From positions 6,386,001 to 6,450,000 of the forward strand of contig CM068750.1 of the NCBI GenBank assembly GCA_035084275.1: a stretch of DNA of 64,000 nucleotides, written 5' to 3'. A program made the position numbers and the translations under genes. Numbering within the stretch: position 1 is the stretch's first letter; the number at the start of each line of letters is the position of its first letter. The stretch is from Hydrolagus colliei. Lineage: Eukaryota. Below are positions 57,501-64,000 of this stretch, piece by piece. A model generated the notes under the pieces. It saw only the letters and a list, made by a program, of their open reading frames with translations, was not told the origin of the DNA and did not search any database.

Positions 57501-59354
57501 AAAACACGCACGGACACTTTACCCTGACTAAATCAACATGTAATGTGCAAGAGGTTTGTGATGCTACATGGTAAAAGGATGTACACAATTGTACATCTAT
57601 AACATTATCTTCCTATTGCTAAAGTGTTAACTGAATTTGTGTGTTGGTTTAGCTCCAGCATTTATATTGGTTCTCTCACTCTAGGATATGGAGGGTTTTT
57701 TTTACAACTACTTCTAGAAAAGTAGAACAAACACTCCAAACCTAAGGAATGATAGCTTATTTAGGTTAAGGTTAAGCCAAGGTTACATTTCATTGAAGGT
57801 AACCATTTTTTTACAACATTGTCTAGTAGGATTTCCATAGTGGCTGGTGGTTTGACAAAAACTAACCAGCTTGCTGATCTACACCACTCAATACACCTTT
57901 TTATTTCAGCTTTGACTGACCGGCGTCTTCTTGACCCCATAACAAACTCCAATTTTGCTAATGGCTTTCTCAACAGGTCAACATATTGCAGGTCACCACT
58001 GGCTTTGACTTGCATTGGTTTCACATTGAAATGAGCAGGAAATGAAGCCTGGAACTTCTGCATTTCCTGAGGAGCAACTGCAGGAATCACCTTCAGCCAG
58101 TAGGTTTTGAAAACCACTGAATTCTACAAAGTGCCCAAAGAGAGAGAGAGAAAAAGTGAAGGCTTTGTCAGCACCTCCAGAGACAATAGCACCAACTTAG
58201 GTAACAAGTGGCTCATGAAACACTGACCATTGGATGGTAAATACTATTAATAATATTATTAATAATAAATGAATAATAATTAATAATATTAATAATCATC
58301 ATCAGTATTATCTACTGATGGGGGATGGTACAGTGGACAGAATCTTTCCGATGAATTGCCATTTAAAAACAATGTGCACTTGCATTCGCGCACATATGCA
58401 GTTGCTTTTTGGTTCCATTCCCTGTGCCCACACAGTAAACCACATTTTTGAAAGTACTGAGATCTGAGCAGGTATTGCAAACATTTAAAAATAAATCAAG
58501 GTCAGCCAAGGAAACTGCAACCTATTGGGAATCCTTTTAACTAATTTCTGGTGAAATCCTCATCCTGAATCTTACTGTTCTACAGTACTATCTGTTCTGA
58601 AATCCAGCCAGTTGCATGAAGCTATCCAAAGAATGTAGTGTTGCATTTGACCAAGTTTAACTGATCGTAATGTAACGACTAAATGACCTTATAGAGCCTT
58701 ACAAATATGTCACAAAATAATATATTGATGGCTAACATAATTTTCCCAAGTGGGTTAGTGAACCAGATAAATAATGGGTTAATCTACTTATGTATTGCCT
58801 GGAAAGGCCAGAGCCAAGATACCACAATTATCAAATAGAATGATTAATCTCCCAGTGTCTAACCTCCAAACATCAGAAATATCACAAACGGTTGCGAACC
58901 ATTGCATCTGAGGCATCCTCCTGAGGTGACAGGCCATTACATCAAAAATGTAAGGATTATTACTAATTATATTATGAAAATCGATCTCTAGGCTGGCCGT
59001 CAATCCAGGAATGGATTTGGAGATGCTGAACTCGAATTTGGTGTTCATTTCGTGGGTGAGAAATTGTAAGAGCTAAGCAGTTATGGTTAAGATATAAATG
59101 GATTGAGATTATAAAAAATCCGGATTACAGTTCAACAGGTTGAATGAGAAGGTGAAGCTGATTGCCCTTACCCTGCCTGAGAGATTTCCCTGAAGGAGAG
59201 TCTGCAGAAGTACTGGAGCAACTTCTTGCAGCTGTAGCATGTGGCAGAGATCAGTCAGCTCTTCCTGGCCCAACGAGCCTGTGCCTGTGGTGTCGAAACT
59301 GTCAAACACCTCTTTCAGCCGTGCTTCATACTTATCCTGCTCAGCTTCGTCCAT
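11265..59354 (-). CDS. NIN: Ninein (centrosomal microtubule-anchoring protein, EF-hand plus coiled coil), 29 coding exons, 1942 aa
   Basis: Manually spliced 5829-nt ORF with consistent phases; N-terminus MDEAEQDKYEARLKEVFDSFDTTGTGSLGQEELTDLC, C-terminus KDLYVENAQLLKALE...EKKNYLLEE; adjacency to SAV1 supports NIN over its paralogue NINL. Confidence 0.95.
11695..11805 (-). CDS. NIN: NIN coding exon 28
   Basis: AG/GT; EGYEQLLKRTERMQDVENKLRNVKLHLQDKVNQLKEQ. Confidence 0.92.
13440..13705 (+). mobile_element. L2 LINE 3' end fragment (includes poly-C run at about 13582-13603)
   Basis: Tail cagcaccttggggcatcctcccgacatgaaaggcgctctacaaat...ttgttg resembles the L2 end at 36702-36960. Confidence 0.7.
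14595..14657 (-). CDS. NIN: NIN alternative (putative neuronal) exon encoding a truncated C-terminus ALLPDQRAVHADTYRRIGHL*
   Basis: tctttctatgtag acceptor, phase 0 after the 14997 donor; peptide nearly identical to the mammalian alternative NIN tail as recalled (ALLPEQRAVHADSYRRIGHL). 3' boundary uncertain. Confidence 0.85.
   Translation of the reverse strand, partial: ALLPDQRAVHADTYRRIGHL
14997..15197 (-). CDS. NIN: NIN coding exon 27
   Basis: aag acceptor, gtaaag donor; LLHANSSLTFSQSQNIRELQQLKEQVCSMVPQEQ...DSNTQQ. Confidence 0.9.
16708..17160 (+). mobile_element. tRNA-SINE with a nested antisense SINE tail (about 17005-17115)
   Basis: A-box tagctcagtgg and B-box ggtttgattcc; host tail interrupted by a reverse-complement tail. 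Confidence 0.8.
18063..18167 (-). CDS. NIN: NIN coding exon 26
   Basis: AG/GT; MGSLEQELEILKVENEMLQNTQANLESQLMETSDQ. Confidence 0.88.
18573..18722 (-). CDS. NIN: NIN coding exon 25
   Basis: AG/GT; IKYLDSALL...EQEKLSLKRECDQIQKELLSANRK. Confidence 0.92.
18850..19150 (-). mobile_element. Full-length tRNA-derived SINE with L2-type tail
   Basis: Minus strand begins ggagtcctatagctcagtagttagagcactcgc, has a B-box and ends in the stem-loop tail. Confidence 0.85.
19544..19723 (-). CDS. NIN: NIN coding exon 24
   Basis: AG/GT; NQVLKLNLH...EQQLLRQENERLQREAQHTKGELQQAREK. Confidence 0.9.
20402..20548 (-). CDS. NIN: NIN coding exon 23
   Basis: AG/GT; IKSLDETLQSAHLQAARRKSDFRVAQQEKEALKQEVVSLHKELQTTKDE. Confidence 0.92.
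20748..20861 (-). CDS. NIN: NIN coding exon 22
   Basis: AG/GT; IAKMNIMEMQIISLRQEKQTLQQQGKVLATQQSMSQEK. Confidence 0.9.
20991..21104 (-). CDS. NIN: NIN coding exon 21
   Basis: AG/GT; LSECNKLESEVTSLKSTNEKLIQEKETLSDEVNRCVDR. Confidence 0.9.
21712..21828 (-). CDS. NIN: NIN coding exon 20
   Basis: AG/GT; SSTLLSALETDLSEMELKNHLLEQDKLLLSEQLEDVTIQ. Confidence 0.9.
22269..22484 (-). CDS. NIN: NIN coding exon 19
   Basis: AG/GT; MAETRSRNRQLDAENEDLCQKNSKNQ...EMENSRAE. Confidence 0.92.
23374..23443 (-). CDS. NIN: NIN coding exon 18
   Basis: AG/GT, 70 nt, phase 2 to 0; QQGEILKAENMTAQRIIEMLNKQ. Confidence 0.88.
23562..23775. mobile_element. Tc1/mariner (Tigger-like) MITE, 214 bp
   Basis: Terminal inverted repeats CAGTAAAAGCCAGTTTATC and CAGTAAAAGCCCATTTATC (17/19), flanked by TA on both sides. 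Confidence 0.85.
23821..23934 (-). CDS. NIN: NIN coding exon 17 (CAGTAG tandem acceptor)
   Basis: Phase 2-2; SEAEELTEKYATLKRKMEEEGNFHQKVTEMNKAQQEL; gtaagt donor. Confidence 0.85.
25277..26806 (-). CDS. NIN: NIN coding exon 16, large 1530-nt coiled-coil exon (counterpart of the mammalian large skippable exon)
   Basis: cgtag acceptor, gtaatg donor, phase 2-2; contains EKKGQWEFEKEE and RERAEM motifs shared with NIN. Confidence 0.93.
27490..28028 (-). CDS. NIN: NIN coding exon 15
   Basis: AG/GT; VHFYEAQIEETK...EKQIDDLK...QEKEEVQRDLLEGKQKELLEQ. Confidence 0.93.
28509..28630 (-). CDS. NIN: NIN coding exon 14 (GC donor)
   Basis: GLETEECNALNLSLEAEMVIEQIKEQHHQAFDSLKVDLETK, then AAG|GCAAGT. Confidence 0.9.
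29070..29208 (-). CDS. NIN: NIN coding exon 13
   Basis: AG/GT; ELQDRIDELQSELQAYQ...MVDCDQ. Confidence 0.9.
30009..30098 (-). CDS. NIN: NIN coding exon 12
   Basis: AG/GT; FGDLDPTSAEFFLHEERFSRMRKEYEQQCR. Confidence 0.94.
30269..30379 (-). CDS. NIN: NIN coding exon 11
   Basis: AG/GT; ENSRLERELFENGEKLVGFENQAKKLQKNLDNILKEK. Confidence 0.93.
30807..30981 (-). CDS. NIN: NIN coding exon 10
   Basis: AG/GT; KLEQEHRERLAALK...YLRDRLTLSLK. Confidence 0.94.
31799..31939 (-). CDS. NIN: NIN coding exon 9
   Basis: AG/GT; ERVDQVLREKEKLNADLDKADRLKNLMASEVDDHHAAIERLNDCNL. Confidence 0.94.
32953..33089 (-). CDS. NIN: NIN coding exon 8
   Basis: AG/GT; TLDFGLDGKVNLTELTLALENELLITKNGIHQAVLASFKHEIRHL. Confidence 0.94.
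33253..33420 (-). CDS. NIN: NIN coding exon 7
   Basis: AG/GT; PFDESGRRTATPSAMTGTIGLRLFSCLDDGTG...GIENGFEILK. Confidence 0.94.
34489..34635 (-). CDS. NIN: NIN coding exon 6
   Basis: AG/GT; VLEELV...MTVEDFFYGLFKNGQSAPPSASTPYRQLKRHHSLQ. Confidence 0.94.
34695..35012 (+). mobile_element. Full-length tRNA-derived SINE with L2-type tail
   Basis: gtcctgtagctcagtggttagagcactcgcc A-box, gttcaaatcc B-box, stem-loop tail and (TTA)n. Confidence 0.88.
35315..35550 (-). mobile_element. Ancient degenerate SINE-like repeat
   Basis: Loosely resembles the reverse complement of 63470-63800; family (possibly AmnSINE2-like) from memory only. Confidence 0.35.
35565..35861 (+). mobile_element. Full-length tRNA-derived SINE
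   Basis: Same head, body and tail as 34695-35012. Confidence 0.88.
36702..37170 (-). mobile_element. L2 LINE 3' end (interrupted at about 36960-37085)
   Basis: Minus-strand translation RSTIGGRAF...LWNFIPQPLRLASSLSSFKAGFKTFLFDRAF matches the L2 ORF2 C-terminus, followed by the 3' stem-loop and (TTG)n tail. Confidence 0.85.
38401..38695 (+). mobile_element. tRNA-derived SINE
   Basis: tgtagctcagtggttagagcgc head, intact tail and (TTA)n. Confidence 0.87.
38803..38993 (-). CDS. NIN: NIN coding exon 5
   Basis: AG/GT; QLRFWNPDDLN...DWIEERLQAVCEELGVTRD...GLQNVDTE. Confidence 0.95.
39133..39645 (+). mobile_element. Deu-domain SINE (SacSINE1/AmnSINE1 superfamily-like) with a nested solo LINE tail
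   Basis: tRNA-like head, then ctttcggatgagatgttaa...aaactgaggccc...aggtggac...aaagatc...gaggagtttctcccagtgtcctg resembling the Deu core as recalled; solo tail at 39432-39492. Confidence 0.7.
39879..39924 (-). CDS. NIN: NIN coding exon 4 (46 nt)
   Basis: tttag acceptor, gtaaga donor; NWKTSTDQGEEYEAE. Confidence 0.92.
40781..41020 (-). mobile_element. tRNA-SINE body and tail (head lost)
   Basis: Reverse complement of the 34695 family from gggcgaaaccttgggcaag to the tail. Confidence 0.82.
42490..42550. repeat. (TA)n microsatellite
   Basis: Interrupted TA run seen directly. Confidence 0.95.
42560..42840. mobile_element. CR1-like LINE 3' fragments
   Basis: Reverse complement of aagacagatatctggaagtatttctttacccagagagtaattaat resembles the CR1 ORF2 end (FFTQRV). 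Confidence 0.55.
43480..43690 (+). mobile_element. Truncated tRNA-SINE
   Basis: tttccttactccacacacct body and degenerate tail. Confidence 0.7.
48800..48963 (-). CDS. NIN: NIN coding exon 3
   Basis: AG/GT; STEVQPKYVKDGKRYGRRTAPEFQESVEEF. Confidence 0.94.
49198..49643 (-). mobile_element. Deu-domain SINE
   Basis: Reverse complement shares head, core (ggcctcagtttaacatctca...gacggtacctctgacaatg) and tail with 39133-39645. Confidence 0.72.
50590..50930 (+). mobile_element. Degenerate L2 fragment plus tail
   Basis: PILARLH...IDF...YKTLH...PPYL-like L2 ORF2 remnants, ending gaaaaggcactatatcaaatggaagaatgattatt. Confidence 0.5.
52466..52559 (-). CDS. NIN: NIN coding exon 2
   Basis: AG/GT; VHFEQFKEALILILSTTIDGNFSGDDGYQEP; missed by the ORF track. 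Confidence 0.94.
53755..53880 (-). mobile_element. SINE tail fragment
   Basis: Reverse-complement stem-loop tail. Confidence 0.78.
59172..59354 (-). CDS. NIN: NIN coding exon 1 (EF-hand; ATG at 59354, acceptor at about 59378)
   Basis: MDEAEQDKYEARLKEVFDSFDTTGTGSLGQEELTDLCHMLQLQEVAPVLLQTLLQGNLSGR, then gtaagg donor. Confidence 0.95.
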
Positions 59355-62300
59355 CCCATAGCACACCTCACCCACTACCTGCCGGCAGATGAAACAGAAA
59401 ACGTCAGCTCTTCCGGGAATATCAGAAATGGAAATGATCTCTTCACCCTCTGCTGAAAAGCGATGCATGCTTCACACTCTCGTACAAGGGGCAACCTTAA
59501 GATCAGTTAATCTGGATCAGATGCATTGCACTACCTACTCCAAATTCTGTTACACAGCCCAAGATAGATAAATTAATATCGTACACATTGTTCCTCTGCC
59601 AAACTCACTGCCGCTCATTTCACATATCTAGAAATCAGACAGTTTCTTGGCATTGGACTAATGATATCTGGCAGGGAACAGGTAAAATGATTGGCATACA
59701 ATGTAAGCAACCAAGCATTTGTTTTGGTAACTTTGGCAACTGTTTAGAGAGAGAGAAAAAAAAACAAGCAAAATGGACCAGGCCTTGGTGAGGAAAATTA
59801 ATGGTCACAATTAAGTCATTGTTTTGCATCTCACACAGTGACAAGAGTTACATGCGTTTGAATGGACTTGTAACCAGTCTCATTTGTCTCGTTCGTATTC
59901 ATATTCATACTCCATCCACATATGCAATGTTGCAGTCCAGGAGGCTGAATCGAAAGGAAAGCTTTTTTTAAAAAAAATTTCTCTTGACCATCATTGCACC
60001 TCAGCAGATTATTTTATTAAGGAGAGTGGATGGGAATTTTATTAATTCTATCAATGTACACTTTCACACAAATTATTTTCCATAACAAAAAAATCCCACA
60101 GTTACTGAAATCTGTCGTTTGTTTCAGGTATTATATTCCCAATTCTGAGATAATTTGATTTCAAAGGTTGCTGTCACCTGGGATCCAACCCTAATGTATA
60201 AAGGGGTATGTATAAAGGCTCTCCTTTGCCTAAAAATATCCCTGCCGTCTTGTAACAGTTGGCAGCCTTGCTCAGCCGCAGGTAAACTCAATGTTATTCA
60301 GAGCACAGAAAACCTGCTGCATCAATTGGATATAAGCTCACTCCCCACCCTGCTTACCAGGGGTGCAAGCTTTGCAGGAGGTTTTCTGAAGGAAGGATAG
60401 CAGCTGCAGTACCATGTCAATTCGGTGACAATGCACAGCAGCCTCAACATGCCCTCCAATACATCAGGAGCCCACAATCACTGGACAAACTCCTTTACTT
60501 TTCAATATATCAGCAACAATGATTCAACAATGGTTTCTATTCCTGCAGTGACAGCTAATTACCAATCACAGATGTGCTGGAACAACGAATACAAGAAACA
60601 CACACTGCACCTCAACCGCATCCCATATGTGCAGTTGAATCGGAGTCGCTATTTTGTTTATCTTTGGACTCTGACCTGTGAGGAAGAGGTGTACAAGTGA
60701 GGAACAGCGAAACCACACTTGGCCGGCCAGCTGTGGTTTTTCTGGAAACTGGCTTTGTGTGCTTTCTGTACCGTATACATCTCCTTGTCCAGTGTGGTTT
60801 CCAAGCTGCGACATTACTCTCTGAAGGGAATTAACGCACTGCCCATTCCAATTAACTCAGGAGTTTAAAACAAAATAAAAATGGTCCCACACATTTGCGG
60901 AGAGCCCTGGCCTCCAGCTGACTGAACATCCCCATGACCTCTGCCAGCGAATCTCTGTAAGAGGTCAAGTGCAACCAGATGAGACACATTGCAGATAATC
61001 TGCTGATCACAGCACAACAAATCAGCTCGAGCAGTTTTTTCACAGAATTTTCATTTTAGTCCCCTACGAGCTAAATACCAAATTCTCTTTGGAAAATCAG
61101 TTGCGACATCTTTGCCCACTGCCACTCATTGGTGTGTGAAACGGAAAGGACATTTATTATGGGGACAGTGAAAGAAAAATGCACCTGAATAAATTGTATC
61201 AAAATGGGCCTGGAACTTGCAGGCACTGTTCATCATGAGGAAATAATAACTATTACTCAATATTCTTACAAATCATCAACCGCACCCAACTACACAGAGC
61301 AACAGAAGTAGGAAGGGATGAACACCTAAAAGCCAACATACAGAAAGGCAGTAGGTGTTCTGGTAGTTTTATTACAGATAAAATGTAAAATAATTCCTTT
61401 TGTGAGCTTACTAAATCAATTCTAATGACATTTAATTGAATATTATGTTTTGCTTGGCAAAGGGCAAAACTAAACGTCAGACATGTTCAGTCATATCGGA
61501 TCTACCTCCTGCTAAGAAGCTGCCAGTTTCACAACAAATTATTCTGCAGCAGATTAATATGAAATGGAGCATATCATCATTTATCAGTCGTGCAAGAAAA
61601 ATGTTCTAATGACAGTATTGGAATCAGACAAATGGCCCAAGCGATTACCCAGTGACAAATAGTATTTGAAGTACTGTACTCTGAAAGCAATATATTTCAC
61701 AGAGCTGTGACATTCACAAAGCCGGGACAGACTGAATTTTAAATGTTAGTTATTATTTTGTTAAGCCAACTAATAGATTTCCCTCTAAAGAAGCTTAGCA
61801 TCAAGAGTGATCCTGTTAGAAGAGCACAACCGTGTTGGTAGTTTTTGTTTTGTGAGCTACAGTAACACTGTCAGTTTTGAAAAGTTTCTACCTTGTTGGT
61901 ATTCATCTCACCAATGTGGAATGTGCAGAGCAACATTCACTCTCCACATCCCAACGTTCCATGGCCACCTGCATCATAACATCACCGACTGCACATATGA
62001 TACTATGCAATTTGCATACCAACCATCCTGTGGCTTGTGTACAAACCAGTGTCAAACTATAGACACTTATGTGCCATCAAACAGTGCCCACGACTGACTG
62101 GTTTGATGTCCTCATTTTATAGAGGTTCTGATTTGAGAACAAGCCACTGTCAATCCAGAAAATATCTCTGCAGTAATGTACCATTCACAACATCTAAGCC
62201 ACCTCAATGAATGCAAACACAGCCAAACCTGTTCAAGCAACCACCTCCATTTGGCAACCGCTCCCCCCCACCCACCCTGTTAACAGCCTGGTTTGCACTC

Positions 62301-62519
62301 CAAGAAACCGTTACTCGGAAACTACCCTTACATATAAAGGCCACTTTGGCCCAATCCTCTGAGTGGTTATTGAAGGTTGACGGTTTGCAGAAGACAAGTG
62401 TCTTGCACAATGAGTTACTTTGTGGTGAATGTGATCCAGACATAAATGGCAGATATTCTGTATCAGAAATGTCCTACAAACAGTAATGAAATAATGATTG
62501 ATTAACCATTTGGGTCAAC

Positions 62520-62680
62520 TTGGATGGGAAAGAAATATTGGTCTCGCCCATTGAATCTTTAACATCATCCTAAACTTGAAACAGACCTCATGCTTTAACA
62601 TCTAATCCAAAGGATGGTATCTCTCACAATGCAAGTGCAGTGGAACTCAAGTCCTATGTGGAGCTGGAAACAACACCCTT
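62520..62680 (-). mobile_element. Deu-core SINE fragment
   Basis: aatctttaacatc...gacctcatgctttaacatctaatccaaaggatggtatctc resembles 49435-49510. Confidence 0.5.
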
Positions 62681-63469
62681 TTATTTTATTTTGAAAGGCA
62701 ATTATCTCGGAACTATGAAGCTTAGAAACATATTTTAAACAGTGTGACCTTTCTGATTTACTGACCGTGGATTTCTAACTTTATGGATTAAACTTTAACA
62801 GATTAAAAAAAGTGATGAGACACTTTTACTTCAAAGATAAAAAAATATAAACCATAATGGAGCACATCTCTCCTATAGAGTCAGTGGTTAGCTTTACTTT
62901 TGGTAAAATGGCCTTGAAGATTAGAACACACCTTTTAAAAATGAAAACTTATTAGTTTCAGAATGTTTAGGCAATTTTAAATATTCTCAATTTCATATAA
63001 TATTCTAAAGAAACGCATGATGCAGAAGATGTATATGTAAATTGTAAAGCATATAAGGGCATTCAGACTTCAGAACCTCCAAGGTTAATTCAATTCCAAT
63101 ATTAAACACAGTGGACAGGAATTTTCAATGAAAAAGCTTTGTTGCATATTACCTCGCAGATCCTTTTTTTTTTACAGACCAAAGGTTTCATTACAAAACT
63201 GTCAAATTTGAAAATTAAATGTGAACACCAATTGCAATGTTGTGATAGGCGAGCGGTGAGAGGGAAAGTTATGTCAATGGTCAATGTCAGTGGCACATAA
63301 ATTGGTTCCATTTATAGCAATAATGTGCAAGTGAGATTTTTGGTGAATTAGTGGGCATTCAAGAATCTCTGACAATGGGTCACACCCACAAGTAGATTGG
63401 TGGCTGCCCTGGTACCAATTTTAATTACGCCAAAGAATGAAACGTTGATTTATTGCACTTGCTTATTGC

Positions 63470-63800
63470 TTCACAAGAAATACAGGCCAGAGGCTTCTGG
63501 TTCAATCTCTCGGGTGATTTAACAGATCTCAGACGGAGCAGCAGCTGTGACTACACTTGTCCTTAGACCTGGGTTTGTGAAGGGAAACCTCTTGATTATT
63601 ATTCTCCATTGGAAAGTGTGCATTAGGGATATCAGGTGAACGTCGGATCAGACTCAGATCTTGTGCCTCGACAGTCAAACAGCCTTCTAATACACGCTGT
63701 CTAGCTGGTACATTAAACTGATAATATGGGCAAATTAGCTGATAGGATCTGGTGCCTGGAATAGCCTTACACCAGAATTATTCAGAGCCTTCAGGAGAAG
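63470..63800 (+). mobile_element. Ancient degenerate SINE-like repeat
   Basis: B-box-like ggttcaatc followed by a body ending gccttcaggaga; family assignment from memory only. Confidence 0.4.
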
Positions 63801-64000
63801 ATCACCCTCCTTATTGTAATGTACTTGGAGCTTGTGCAGTAAAAATAGAAATGCCTATTTAATCCACAAGGGTTGAGTGCCAAATTATACCCTGACAACA
63901 TCTGCTCTTCCTAAAATGGGGAGCTCCATGCCACAAGAAGCAACACCTGGTAGCCCAGCAAAAAACTTGTGAAATCTGAGAAGTCTCTTTCTTCATAAGG

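Noticed and set aside
57761-58123. 118-aa minus-strand ORF with an upstream pyrimidine tract; possible 33-nt in-frame exon 58123-58091
   Set aside because: No resemblance to ninein or any protein I recognise, weak donor, and it would interrupt the EF-hand region; needs RNA evidence.

Overview
Eukaryotic vertebrate genomic DNA, AT-rich and repeat-dense. The SINE/L2/Penelope content suggests a cartilaginous fish, possibly a chimaera (inference only). It holds two minus-strand multi-exon genes in tandem, the same order I recall for human 14q22. Ninein (NIN) has 29 coding exons reconstructed by hand at 59354->11265 (5829 nt, 1942 aa; first exon and promoter not identified). The Hippo scaffold SAV1 has 5 coding exons at 7961->253 (1170 nt, 389 aa) with a CpG-island promoter at about 7600-8700. 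Nearly all other ORFs in the supplied track are spurious. Best observations: (1) a NIN alternative exon missing from the ORF track (14657-14595, ALLPDQRAVHADTYRRIGHL*) matching the mammalian neuronal C-terminal switch exon; (2) a frame-symmetric 1530-nt NIN exon carrying a 38-aa non-heptad coiled-coil repeat, followed by a UGCAUG (Rbfox) cluster; (3) a GC-AG intron; (4) uORFs at both start codons; (5) a Penelope-derived minimal hammerhead ribozyme core between the NIN poly(A) signal and the SAV1 promoter; (6) a 73-bp Penelope hairpin with a 13-bp TSD; (7) stacked Tc1/mariner-like footprints. No wholly new gene system is supported. Comparisons with human sequences are from memory and need verification.
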